Source: Takakia lepidozioides (Eukaryota > Plantae > Bryophyta). Taken from it: a DNA stretch of 64,000 nt. Made by a program: the position numbers and the translations under genes. Shown here in pieces: positions 22,875-34,510 of the stretch. Under the pieces are notes generated by a model. That model ran no database searches and was not told the origin of the DNA. It saw only the letters and a program-made list of their open reading frames with translations. The DNA lies in assembly GCA_030704615.1 (NCBI GenBank), contig CM060732.1, positions 71,052,001-71,116,000 of the forward strand. The letters run 5' to 3'. The first letter of the stretch is position 1. Each line of letters starts with the position of its first letter.

Positions 22875-25679
22875 TCACCAGTAATCTCCACAAGAACAAA
22901 CCCCATCTTGGATGTGGTGAAACCGATTGGCATCCCGTAGAACAATGGATCGCTCAACAATCTTTGAGATGAACTTGGTGGCGGTGTGGCAGTCGCCACA
23001 CACCCGAAGATTCTTGATGATCCGGATGGGCATACCAGGGGGTGTGCTGATAAGCCCAAAAGCAATGGCCAGCTTCTCACTGTGGTGGGAAAGAGAAGAT
23101 TCCTTTTGTTCCTCCTCCACGTCATGTAATACAAAGCGCGTGTCTGGCACGTACCCAGCCTCCTTCATCCTCCCAGACAATTTCTTGAGCTCAGCATGAA
23201 TTTCCTCAATTTGTGGATGCAGTTTGTCTTCTACAAAGAATGTGTGCACCTGGTTATCAACTTCAATGCAGCTGCGCCCCGCCTCCTTCTTGACACCTCT
23301 GTCATCCATCATTCTTCTTACCTTTGCTTTCTCGTCCCACCTGCCTGCTGCAGCATAGATGTTTGATAGCAGCACATAAGTTGAAGCATCAAGTGGATCC
23401 GAGTCAAGAAGGCAATTTGCCACACGTTCTGCTAGTGCCACATCACCAGTAATTTTGCAGGCACCAAGCAACGCTCTCCACACCAGAGCATCTGGTTCGA
23501 TTGGCATTCGCTTAATGAAGTCCTTTGCCTCATCCAATCGCCCTGCACGGCTAAGAAGGTCCACTATGCAGCCAAAATGCTCTGCGGTAGGAGTGAGGCC
23601 ATGCTCTTGACTCATGGTATCGAAGTAGTGACAGCCTTCATCCACTAGGCCTGTATGACTACAGGCAGAGAGGAGAGGTATAAAGGTGATGCAATCTGGC
23701 TTCAAGCCTTCCTGTTGCATTTGTTCAAATAGTTGCAGGGCCTCCCTACCAGACCCATGCTGAGCACATCCTGCCATCATTGCAGTCCATGAGACCACAT
23801 TCCGTTCAGCCATATGGTTGAAAACTTGATGTGCATCCTTCACGCTTCCACATTTGGCATACATGTTAACAAGGGTATTCTCCAAATTTATATATGAGGC
23901 AATTTCACTCTTGCTGATGTCAGCATGGACCTTTTTGCCCACTTCCAGGGCTCCTAAGGTGGCACATAGATTGATAATACAGAGGAATGTGACTTTGTTG
24001 GGTGTTATCCCTTCCTGTTGCATTTGCTCGTACATCTCAAAAGCCTCCTTACCACACCCCCGCTGAGCATATCCTGCAATCATTGCAGTCCATGAGACCA
24101 CATTTCGTTTAACCATATTGTCAAAAACTTGTCGTGCATCCTTTATGCTCCCACATTTGGTGTACATGTCAATAAGGGCATTTTCCAAATTGATATACGA
24201 CAAAGTTCCAGTTTTCACAATATCAGCATGGACCTCCTTGCCCTTCTCCAGGGCTCCTAGGCTGGCACACGCATTGAGAACACAAATGAACGTTACTCCG
24301 TCAGGTGTCACCCCTTCCTGTTGCATTTGCACATACATTTTGAGAACAACCTTAGAACACCCATGCTGAGCATATCCTGCCATGATGACATTCCATGAGA
24401 CCACATTTCGAACAGCCATATTATCAAATATTTGCCGTGCATCCTTAATGCTCCCACATTTGGCATACATGTTGATAAGTGTGTTCTCCAAATTGTTATA
24501 TGACGGCATTCCAAATTTCAAGATTTCAGCATGGACCAACCGGCCCTTGTCCAAGGCCACTAGGTTGGTGCAGGCATGGAGAACACAAATGAACGTAACC
24601 CTGTCAGGCATTACCCCTTCTTGTCGCATTTGCTCATACATCTCAAAAGCTTCATTACCAAGCTCATGCTGAGCATATCCTCCAATGACAGCATTCCATG
24701 AGACCACATTGTGTTGGGCCATACTGTCGAACACCTGCCTTGCATCTTTCATGCTTCCACATTTAGCATACATGTCGACAAGGGTGTTGTCTACGACTAT
24801 ATTTGGCGCAATTCCAGCTTTATTGATAGCTGCATGGACCTCTTTGCCCTTGTCCAGGGCTCCTAGGCTGCCACATGCCTTGAGGATGCACAAGAATGTG
24901 ACCCTGTCAGGCATTACCCCTCCCCGTTGCATTTGCTCATACATCTCTAAAGCCTCCCTACCACACCCATGCTGACAGTATCCTGTGATCATGGCATTCC
25001 ACGAGACCACGTTTCGTTGAGCCATACTGTTGAACATTTGACTTGCTTCCTTCATGCTCCCACATTTGGCATACATGTTGATGAGCGTATTCTCCAGATT
25101 AATATATGATGGAATTCCAGCTTTAATAATATCAGCATAGATCTCTTTGCCCTTTTCCAAGGATCCTAGGCTGGCACACGCATTCAGAACACAAATGAAT
25201 GTGACCCTATTGGGCATCACTCCTTCCTGTTGCATTTGTTCATAGATCTTCAGAGCCTCCCTCCCACACTCATGATTGGCATATCCTCCTATCATTATAT
25301 TCCATGTAAAGGCATCTCTTTCAGGCATTTTGTCAAACACTTGCCGAGCATCCACTATGCTCCCACACTTGGTATACATTTTGACAAGGGTGTTGAGCAG
25401 AAAGATGCTTGGCTTGAATCCACTTTGCACAACATGGGCATGCACCTGCTTTCCCTGTGGTAGGCCTTTCAGGTTGATGCACTCATGCAAGAGACAGACA
25501 TAAGTACTGGAGTCAACCCGGATGCTTTGTTGATTTAAAACATGCAGTGCCTCTTTCAGTTGTCCTGCCTCACACAGTGTCCTCACATCCCCGCAAGTGC
25601 CACCAGAAGTCTTGTTGGTGGAGGACGAGTTTGTTGTCTCCCTTTTAAAACCAGTGGTGATGGCGGAGGTGTGATCCAT
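22875..25679 (-). CDS. PLS-class pentatricopeptide repeat protein with E1/E2/DYW deaminase domain (organellar RNA editing factor)
   Basis: Uninterrupted ORF with about 20 PPR motifs in L-S-P triplets, ending P2-L2-S2-E1-E2, then HSEKLA, CGDCH and CSCGDYW*. First ATG at 25679. A possible splice acceptor at ~25731 suggests additional 5' exons. Confidence 0.96.
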   Translation of the reverse strand: MDHTSAITTGFKRETTNSSSTNKTSGGTCGDVRTLCEAGQLKEALHVLNQQSIRVDSSTYVCLLHECINLKGLPQGKQVHAHVVQSGFKPSIFLLNTLVKMYTKCGSIVDARQVFDKMPERDAFTWNIMIGGYANHECGREALKIYEQMQQEGVMPNRVTFICVLNACASLGSLEKGKEIYADIIKAGIPSYINLENTLINMYAKCGSMKEASQMFNSMAQRNVVSWNAMITGYCQHGCGREALEMYEQMQRGGVMPDRVTFLCILKACGSLGALDKGKEVHAAINKAGIAPNIVVDNTLVDMYAKCGSMKDARQVFDSMAQHNVVSWNAVIGGYAQHELGNEAFEMYEQMRQEGVMPDRVTFICVLHACTNLVALDKGRLVHAEILKFGMPSYNNLENTLINMYAKCGSIKDARQIFDNMAVRNVVSWNVIMAGYAQHGCSKVVLKMYVQMQQEGVTPDGVTFICVLNACASLGALEKGKEVHADIVKTGTLSYINLENALIDMYTKCGSIKDARQVFDNMVKRNVVSWTAMIAGYAQRGCGKEAFEMYEQMQQEGITPNKVTFLCIINLCATLGALEVGKKVHADISKSEIASYINLENTLVNMYAKCGSVKDAHQVFNHMAERNVVSWTAMMAGCAQHGSGREALQLFEQMQQEGLKPDCITFIPLLSACSHTGLVDEGCHYFDTMSQEHGLTPTAEHFGCIVDLLSRAGRLDEAKDFIKRMPIEPDALVWRALLGACKITGDVALAERVANCLLDSDPLDASTYVLLSNIYAAAGRWDEKAKVRRMMDDRGVKKEAGRSCIEVDNQVHTFFVEDKLHPQIEEIHAELKKLSGRMKEAGYVPDTRFVLHDVEEEQKESSLSHHSEKLAIAFGLISTPPGMPIRIIKNLRVCGDCHTATKFISKIVERSIVLRDANRFHHIQDGVCSCGDYW

Positions 25680-26545
25680 GCTGCCAGTCTCATGTCCAAC
25701 AATCAACTGCGCCTGATTCAACCCCGCCACCCTGCACGATTCAAGACTGTTTGATTCAAGCCTTTACGGTCTAACACAAATATACTGTATCTCAAAGTTG
25801 CTAGATATCTCCAAGAGACATCTTGTGAGAGAACAGGCTTGTTACTACAATCAACATGGTTACAAGATTAGTGTAGGCATATAGATTGAATATCTATACC
25901 AAATTTATCCATTTGAGTTGGAATCCTGAGTCCTCATAAAAGCAGCACCTGTTGTATTCTCCAGCTGGAGCTCCATGGTGTACATTGATACTCCAACAAT
26001 CACCACATTGTGCTCGACCTTGTGCCGTAGCAGATAGATATGTTTTCACTGAAGGAGGGTTCGCCCTACCCTCAATCCAGAGGACCTCTTTTGGGCACTT
26101 TTGTCTGAAGTCTGGTGATCTTGGACTTCTCTGTGAAAACTGTCGATGGGCATAGCTGAGCAGCCATGGCTTCTACCATGGCCTCCCATCCAACAGTCTA
26201 CAGCCACCAAAGTTCCAATCATCTTTTAAACATCCTACTAATATCAATAGTTAGAACAGGTTTTACTGTATTTGACATAGACAAAAATGTCATTAATTTA
26301 AGCAACTGGAGATACACTCCATCTACAAAACATCATCCTGCCAGTTTCAGTCCTTGAAAAACTTTTTCAGATATAGCCTCACCTTGTTGACACGGGTGTC
26401 CCACCCCTGAGAAGGATCTGGGAGCTGTTCTATGCTCATCGTTTGACCTGCAAGCAAGATTCCCAGCTTCTGATTGCCTCAGTCTTGTGCAAACTTCAGC
26501 CTAGATCTTTTGAAGAACGCTAGTGAAAGCTTCCAGAAAATTAAC

Positions 26546-26578
<33 letters not shown>

Positions 26579-26584
26579 ATTGTT

Positions 26585-26742
26585 CCCGCTCAAACTGGGC
26601 ACGGGGTCAATGGCCACAAGGCTACGGCAAACAACGTCTTATGAGTACAACCTATCTCTCTCTCAGAATTTCCGCTCAAACTGGGTGCAGGGTCAATGGC
26701 CACAAGGCTATGGCTAACAACGTCTTATGAGTACATTCTCTC
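26585..26742 (+). mobile_element. Two short 3' stubs of a dispersed retroposon family (…GGTCAATGGCCACAAGGCTA…GAGTACA+(TC)n)
   Basis: Two tandem ~65-bp copies flanked by TC microsatellite; same sequence as 29.0-29.9 kb, 32.0 kb and 41.1 kb. Confidence 0.7.
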
Positions 26743-27014
26743 AGAATTCACTCCGTGATAAGTGAGATGAGAAGACAAGTGTAAAAATTGTGCTGTGCTT
26801 GACCCTGTCTAGGTTGGAGCAACATTTCCTCCGTGGCTTGGTCTAGCAAGTGGGACTGAAAGGCTCAATAAATGACCTTACTGTGTGGGCTGCTGTAACT
26901 TGGAGTAGGCCACCCAAGTTACCCCAGAAACAACAGCTGGACCATTTCAGTTTGGACAACCAGCAGCACCAGGAGCACTAGTTGCACCAGCAGCACCAAT
27001 GGCTCTGGCAGCAA

Positions 27015-27280
27015 GCAAAACCCGACCACCATTTCCCCTGTATGATGGGAAATCTGATCCAGATATTCATCTCAATCAATTTGAGAACATGTGCACATTT
27101 ACACTGAAGCAACAGATCAGGAGAAGATCCGGTTGTTTCCTTGCTCAATGGCCAAGAAGGGCATTGAGTGGTTGGCATTTATTCCCAGCCAATAATTTTG
27201 CAACCTGGGCTGATATGAAAACAGACTTTCAAGAAAGGTATCGATCCAACAAATCCACATCTGAAATCTTCACAGGAATA
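27015..27280 (+). mobile_element. Ty3/gypsy-like gag fragment
   Basis: PFPLYDGKSDPDIHLNQFE...FATWADMKTDFQERY resembles the retrotransposon gag capsid signature. Confidence 0.6.
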
Positions 27281-28999
27281 CAGGTGTGTCATCTGTGTTG
27301 GATTGGGCCCAGAACAATGGCTGGAATCAACATCATGTTTTCCAGAATCATGTCTATTGGCCTTCCACCTTAGTTCAAAATCCCTGGATCCCGATCATTG
27401 TTGGATGTGCGAGCACCATATCTTTGGCGGGCTTATCCTGGTAGCTACAAACCCCACAAACGGCTCCGATGGGGTTGACACCCTGTGGGGACTATGCCAA
27501 AACTCGCAGGGGATGGTCAATGAATACATGTGTCTTTTCCCAGCTCAAATCTTCTGGAAATTTGTGGCCCTGCACTGCCGCAAGGGACCACATCACTGTG
27601 TATCACATCTGTGGTAACTAGCCCTCTACATTGATGAGGGAGCTCATAATGCTTGCACCTCTTGGAACTTGCCATGAGATTCTCGTGGGCTATGTGTGAG
27701 CCTTGTCCTAACTCTCACACTGAGAGGTATTCCCCGCAAAATAGGGTGTCACACAGGGACTTTGGCCGCTAGCAAGCCATACTGAAGGAGCTGAATGGAA
27801 GGAGGACAAGGGTGCTTACACCCAGGTTCCTCTACAGCCTTTGTTCGACAATGAAGTGAAATTTTCCCGATTAACAAGGTTGTAGTTTCTGCTGGGATGG
27901 GGCAAGGATAACATGGAGCCCGGATCACTCTGAGACACCCAGTTCAGACATATGTAGAGTTGTGCGTACCTTCGATCTGTTGGGACCGGGAAAGCGTCAA
28001 AGCCATCAATTGAGAGGGTCTCGAGCTCGGCGCTGCCATTGGGGATATCAGCTTGAGCTCCATAGCAGCCTGGCCCGTTAGTCTGCTGGATGAGGCCGCC
28101 CGTTCACCGCAAAAAGACGACAAGGCCTTCGGTATAGTCCCTTCTCCTTGCGCTCTCCAAGAGAACACGGGAGCAGGGTGCCATCCCGATGGCCTGCAAA
28201 CATGATGCGATCTGGACTTTGCCTTTGATGAAGGTAGCGCCCTCCCTCTAACGGTGAGTCAGTGAGGTGCAGGACCCACATCACTTTTGTCAGCGTAAGT
28301 CTTTCGATGACGAGAAACAACAAAACAATCCAATTTAGACACCCCATACACTTTGAGATGAGTGGACTCGTGAATTTCATTTTGCAGAGCACAATCACCT
28401 TGACCCGGAGTTGCCAGGGGTTATAGTGGACTGTTCATACGCTCTCTTGCCTCTTTTTCCGTAGTTGATCTCATCATTCATTCACAGTCGTTGGGGATTT
28501 AGAAGGTGCAAACATGCCGGCTGATAAAGAAGGCAAGGAGGTGCGGGATAAGGCGGCGCTCGAGCTGTTCAAGAAGCTTGGATTGGAGCGGAAAATGCTG
28601 TTGCAAATGCCAAAGTGACAACTAATTTAAAAGATGTTGCTCATGAGGTTCGCTGCTCTCTATCTCCCTGTCTTTGAGATGCTGGAAGGAAGGCCATGTT
28701 TCATTTTATGGTGTCCGTGCCCAAGACAACTCGTTGGAACCGGATCAACAGTCTGCGAGTGTTGGATCTAGTGCGAAAAATTTATGGCTTGTACTGGGAG
28801 GGCTAATATCCCGTGAATTTATGCCCTCACGGTTATATCATGTCTGAGCTCAAGGAATAATCCATGCACATCTGTCTACAACGTTGGTTCACATTTTCTG
28901 ACACTATCTTCTCACAAAGTAGCGCTGCCACTGATGGGACAGTCCATAATACTGGCTCACTTAGAGCTTCCCTGCGAGCATTGCTTGTGTGTGTGGGCG

Positions 29000-29890
29000 G
29001 GAGCCCTGTGGCCATAGACCCCGCCCCCAGGTTGGGCGGAACGAAAGGGAACAGAAACTGCCTTTGTGAGGGGCGTGGGCCTTACCTTGGTATAGACAAT
29101 TAGTTCAGGTTTTCCAGATATCCTTTTGAAAGCCCTTCACAGAGGCATCAATCCCACCAGGGCCAGGGCTTTAGGCTGAGCCTCGAGATTTGAAAGTTGG
29201 TAAACAGAGGTGCTGGAACCATGCTCTTTTCGATAGTATTAGAGAGAGAGAGAGAGAGTACCCAGCAATAAATTAGAAAACCAAATCTACCGTAGGGAGA
29301 GGATGTACCCATAAGATGTTGCCCTGTGGCCACAGACCCCGGGCCCGGTTTGTAAGGGAACAGATACTATCTTTGTGAGGGGCTCACTCTGGTAGTGTGA
29401 CTTACCTTGATAGACAATTAGTTCGGGTTTTCCAGATATCATCTAGAAAGCCCTTCACACCAGCATCAACTTGCTGTGTATGAGGTGCCCAGCAATTAGA
29501 CCCCCACAGGGTCAGGAATATGGCTCTTCTCAAGATTTTCAAAGTTGGTGAGAGAGGGAGAGAATGTACTCATAAGATGTTGCCGTAGCCTTGGCCATCA
29601 ACCCAACAACGGAACAGAGAGAAAGTACTCATAAGATGTTTGCCGTAGCCTTGTGGCCATTGACCCCGTACCCAGTTTGAGCGGAACACAAAGGGACAGA
29701 ACCTACCTTTGGCAGGGGCTGACGCCGATAGTATGACTGACCTTGGAACAGACAATTGATCCGAGTTTTCCAGATATCCTCTAGAAATCCCTTCACAAGC
29801 ATCAATCTGCTGTGGATGATTTGCCCAATAACTAGACCCCAAAAATGCATGGGCTTTCAGCTCAGCCTCCAGATTTTCAAAGTTGGTACA
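29000..29890 (-). mobile_element. Cluster of three to four longer copies of the same retroposon 3' end
   Basis: Repeated GACAATT..GGTTTTCCAGATATC..CCCTTCAC..GCATCAA blocks at ~29095, ~29412 and ~29751, homologous to 41090-41340. Confidence 0.75.
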
Positions 29891-30869
29891 GGAACAAATC
29901 CCTTGATGGATTTGAAGATGGTGTCTCTCTGGTCAGAGGTACCCAGGACAATGAATCAGAGAGTGGATATTGTCTTGGTTGCCCACACAAGGGCATTTGC
30001 AATCCCCCTTTCCTCTCTGCATCTTTTGGCTGTTGGAAGGTAGGCTTCCCGCCTTGAGTATAATTTTCAGTCTAGTGCCAAGAGTGGGTAAACTGTTGAG
30101 GTCATGCATGATTGCCTCCCCCATATCACAGACCGGGAAACGGTTCAGGGAAGTTTTCTGCGTAACGTCATTTTCATCAGACAATTTCTTGGCAACAGAC
30201 ATGGCGTTGGACACTACAGCCTCTAAGTCAGATTTATCCAGCAGGGTCAAGACTTGCAGACTTAGCTTCAGATCCTTGAAAATCTCTTCTACCCTCTCTT
30301 CTACCCTCTTCTACCCCCGATCCTGCTTCCAGGATATAGAGTCGATTAACTTAGGATATCTGATATTATTCATACGTTGCAGCTGACCCCACCATCTGAC
30401 CTTGAATTCGTCTCGTGGGGAGCTTAAAGGGACGAATGCCAAACTCACCCGGAACAGCCACATTAGCTGTTTTGGAGCATGCTGACATGCACTCCTTGAG
30501 CACCCCCACTTGTGGATGTATTCTAGAGACTTAGCCTGGTTGGAGTTATGAACCCATGGAACAGAGAGAGAGATAGGGCTTGTCTTGTCATGACAAGAAA
30601 GGATCTGTCTTTGCTAGACCAGACCATTTTTATTTTTTCCCAGAAACAAAGACAAAATACAGCATTGTTACCAAGGCACCATCACCTTTCTCCTACACCA
30701 CAGTCTTGTTCCTGATTTGTTTCACACTTCTGGGTGATTGGGTTGGGTGGTGGGTTTTGTTAGAAACCCTTCAAAAAACCACCCTTCCCCATAGGGACAC
30801 ACATCATACTGAACAATACTCATATTCACTGTACTGTCAGACTGGGATTTCCAGAAAACCGAAGTTCAT

Positions 30870-31400
30870 GCTTCTTAGCATGTGGACTGTAGGTCAGCGA
30901 CCTCCAAGTCAGCCTTAGCCTTTTCTTGAGCAAACCAGTGCTTGCTTAAAACCATAGAGATCTCTGCCCATAGTAAATGTCTGAGCATAGTACTTCTCTA
31001 GGAGAATAATTTTTTCATCGAAGTAGTGTCAACACATACTTCCCTGAAAATCACATGTCGAAATTGAGACATCCAAGTCTTCCACCATAGCCCGAATGGG
31101 GTGTACTGCCATATCTTAAAACAAAACGAACACAGTATTCAAAATGAAACCACTCAGCTGGGCTGTAAAGTGAGATTGATCCAAGTCAAGATGGGTCTTC
31201 AGAATCCTCTGGTATCAGATCCAAGGGCAGATTACTTCCGTGAAATACTTCCCTCAGACATGAGGCTGTCGTCAAGCGTTGTGCCATTCGTCCTAGGTGG
31301 CTGCCTCATGCGGCGATAGGTGATTTCCATCATCTATCCAATGTACTCTGTAGGAAGACTTACCCATGAAAGGTGAAGGACCCTCACCTGCGCCCGTTCC
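30870..31400 (-). mobile_element. Highly degenerate L1-type RT C-terminal remnant
   Basis: Minus-strand fragments WVSLPTEYIG, LRHLLW and LVCSRK..LG resemble the post-RT region of plant L1; many stops. Confidence 0.35.
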
Positions 31401-32027
31401 AAAAACCACCACATCCAACAGAATACGTGTTAGTGAGGATGCACGAGGTGACTAGCAGGTCTTCACCTTGCTATCGCTGCCCCACATGCAGATCTAAGTA
31501 AGTGAAAGATTGCAAGAGTAATAGGAAAGGTGTGCATTGCACAGAACCTTGAAAGTTTGAGGCAGACCAGTCTACGACATTGCGCATATCTCGTTTACAC
31601 AACAACAAGTAATTGCAAAGCACATGCAAGGACTGAGTGTAACTTCCTGTTCGTGTCTGCAAATGAGCGATGGCTTCCCTATAACTGCATAGGGAGCTTG
31701 ACCAACATAATGAAGGCAAGGTTGCGCTTAAACCTTGCCGGCCGCAGCCAAATTGGAAATCTCTTGACGGCAAAACTCGGTGAGCGGTGTGCCCGACACT
31801 TTGCCTGTAGTTTCAGGTAGCCGCCATTCAAACTCAAACAACTTTCGTAAATGAGTACTAAATTGCAGGGTAAGGGTTCTGAAACCCTAAATTCAAACCA
31901 GCACATGGGCATTCTATAAATCCCACAAGGCCCTGGCCAGGAAATGATTTTTGCAGCAAGTGTCTACTTGTCATCTTCAGGACACTAGGGAAAATCACTT
32001 TTTTCCATCTGAGATATTCTACCCAAG

Positions 32028-32145
32028 ATTAGAGAGAGAGATTGTACTCATAAGACGTTGTTTGCTGTAGCCTTGTGGCCATTGACCCCGCGCCCAGTTT
32101 GAGCGGGAACAAAAGGGACAGAACCTACCTCTGTCAGGGGCTGAC
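32028..32145 (-). mobile_element. Retroposon 3' stub (same family), flanked by (GA)n
   Basis: Reverse complement of the 26585 motif, with GA tracts on both sides. Confidence 0.75.
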
Positions 32146-33529
32146 ATTAGAGAGAGAGAGAGAGAGAGATGTAAATGTGGCAGAGGGGTTTTGTGTAATC
32201 TGTTCTTCAAATATGGGAAATTTAGCTTTACTTGACATAACTACTGCACTCCTGCGTTCATGTTCTGTGAGTACTGTTGGGGGCATGTCCACAGACTGGA
32301 GAGGATGAAAAGTCCATAGGCAGCAAGAGGTTTTTCCTTAATATCTCTTTCTTGCATTGTGTATAGTTGAAATAAGTCATATATAACCATGTTATCCTGT
32401 ATAATTGAATGACAGATAGTTTATCTTTCTTACTGTGTGCTTTTGCTGGATGGCTCACAAAATTTAAGGAGTGAGTGGCTCTACATCAGCACTGTTACAA
32501 CATAGATGCGGATTCCTCCTAGACTGTTTCACATTGCTTTTTCACTGTACAATGGAACATCTTGGGGGAGCAACTGAGGCATTGGTTTCTGTTGTTGAAG
32601 GGGTGGAATGGTCCATCGTCACGTCAAAGAAATAATGATTAAATCATCCTGGGCCTCTTAAGAGTATACCTAAGTCCCCATCCAAAGCTTGCAGTACAGT
32701 GACAGTTCCAGATACCCACTATTTCTCCAGACGAATGAAGAACAGATGAAAGACTACAAATGCAAAGAGAGAATAGCCTGTTTGACAGAAATTGGGAAAC
32801 AATGTAACTTGATGGTTGCACTCTCTCTTTTGTGTTTTCCTGGCCAATCCAGGTATGGTAGATAATTCATAATCTTGGAAACGCATGGAACAGAGCCACG
32901 CACCAGATTTCCTGGACATAACATCATCAAACAGCTTCTCCAACTCTCTGGAAGCAACTTGCAGCTATAAACCAATATTTCTCGCCATGTCAAATGCAAT
33001 TGATATGGTGTTATGACATTACATGTTTACCACTTTAACTAAGAAAGTCACTTACTGAACTTGAACTTGTTATCTACTAGGGTAGCATGTGCATTGGCCC
33101 AAGTGTCCAATGTCATCTACTTCCAAGTGCAATCCAAGTGCGTCTCCTATGTCGAGGCCCGTGTGTGAAGAATTGAAATCGATATCCTAAAATGAAGTTG
33201 GATGTTTGTTTAGTTACATGAGTTTATTGAGTAGTAATATTTCCAATCATTGTTCCAGGAAAACCCACTTTGCTATTTTTCCCCGAATTTCCAGCGACCA
33301 AAAGTACTTGAAATTCCTTATCTCCCACACCGCAGGTCCATAAATTATGAGACCAAGTCGGTGCACCCCTCCTCATTGAGGGCTCCAACGGTACCAAGCA
33401 CCAGGGCTGGGGCCCCACAGTTTGGGACATCTCAACGCTACAAACTAATAAACAAACAAGCAAACTACCTTGCTTCATATATTGATGTTGGTAGGACTCC
33501 CCTTCGACATATCTCTCTCTAATTCTCTT

Positions 33530-34510
33530 TCAATGGCTTATAATGCTCCCATTGGTTCTTCTGAGATTGTGGAAGCAATTGAACATTTAAATGGATATAA
33601 AGCTGGTGGACCTGATGGTATTGTCAACGAGCTTATCAAGCACGGTGGCGATCCCATGATAGAGGCCCTAGTTCTCCTCTTTAACCTTATCTGGAAGACT
33701 GAAATGATCCCCTTTCGCTGAAAGGGCAAAGAGTGCAGATGGAAAGGGCGCGAGAGGGGTGACTGATTGTCAATCTATACAAGAAGGGTGACAGAGAAGA
33801 ACCGGGGAACTACCGTGGCATCACGCTCCTCAATGCTGTTGGCAAGACATTCTGCAGAGTTATAAGTACTCGTCTCGAGGTTGATCTGGAGTCTAGAGGT
33901 TGTTTCCACGAAGGCCAAGCTGGCTTTCGGCGAAACAGGGGCTGTGTGGATCATATCTTCACTCTAAGCCAGATTATCCAGGGAAGGAAAAAAGAAGGGA
34001 AACCCACTTATGTCTTTTTCCTGGATGTCAAAAAGGCTTATGACACAGTGTGGAGAGATGGCCTATGGTTCCGCCTCTGGTCTTGTGGGATCAAGGGAAA
34101 GATGTGGAGAGTTGTCCACAACTTGTATGCTCACACCAAAAGCTGTGTCACTGTTAACGGACAGAAGTCCAACTTCTTTGACATAGACCAAGGTGTAGTT
34201 TTCATCAATCAACTCCTCGAGGATGTGGAAAGTGAGGGATTTGGGTTAAGGGTGGGTGATACCACCATACCAGCCCTTATGTTTGCGGATGACTTCGCAG
34301 GCATAGGGGAGACTCCAACCAATCTCCAGGAGTTGATTGATTGCGCGAAGAGATACGTTGATCTTTGGGGGCTAGAGGCTAATGTCAGCAAATGTGCAGT
34401 GGTAGCATTCAACGACAGAGGAGAGGGAGGAAGTGATCTTAAGTGCAGTGTGGGGTAGTCAAGAGATCCCGGTCCTCCCTTCCTACACTTACCTGGGCGT
34501 TGAGTTCTCC
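33530..34510 (+). mobile_element. Non-LTR retrotransposon reverse transcriptase remnant (RTE/L2-like)
   Basis: KAGGPDGIVNELIK, KKGDREEPGNYRGITLL, QAGFR, FLDVKKAYDTV, MFADD and YTYLGV, with frameshifts and a deletion. Confidence 0.9.

Noticed and set aside
23854-25503. Plus-strand repetitive ORFs
   Set aside because: Antisense shadows of the PPR gene.
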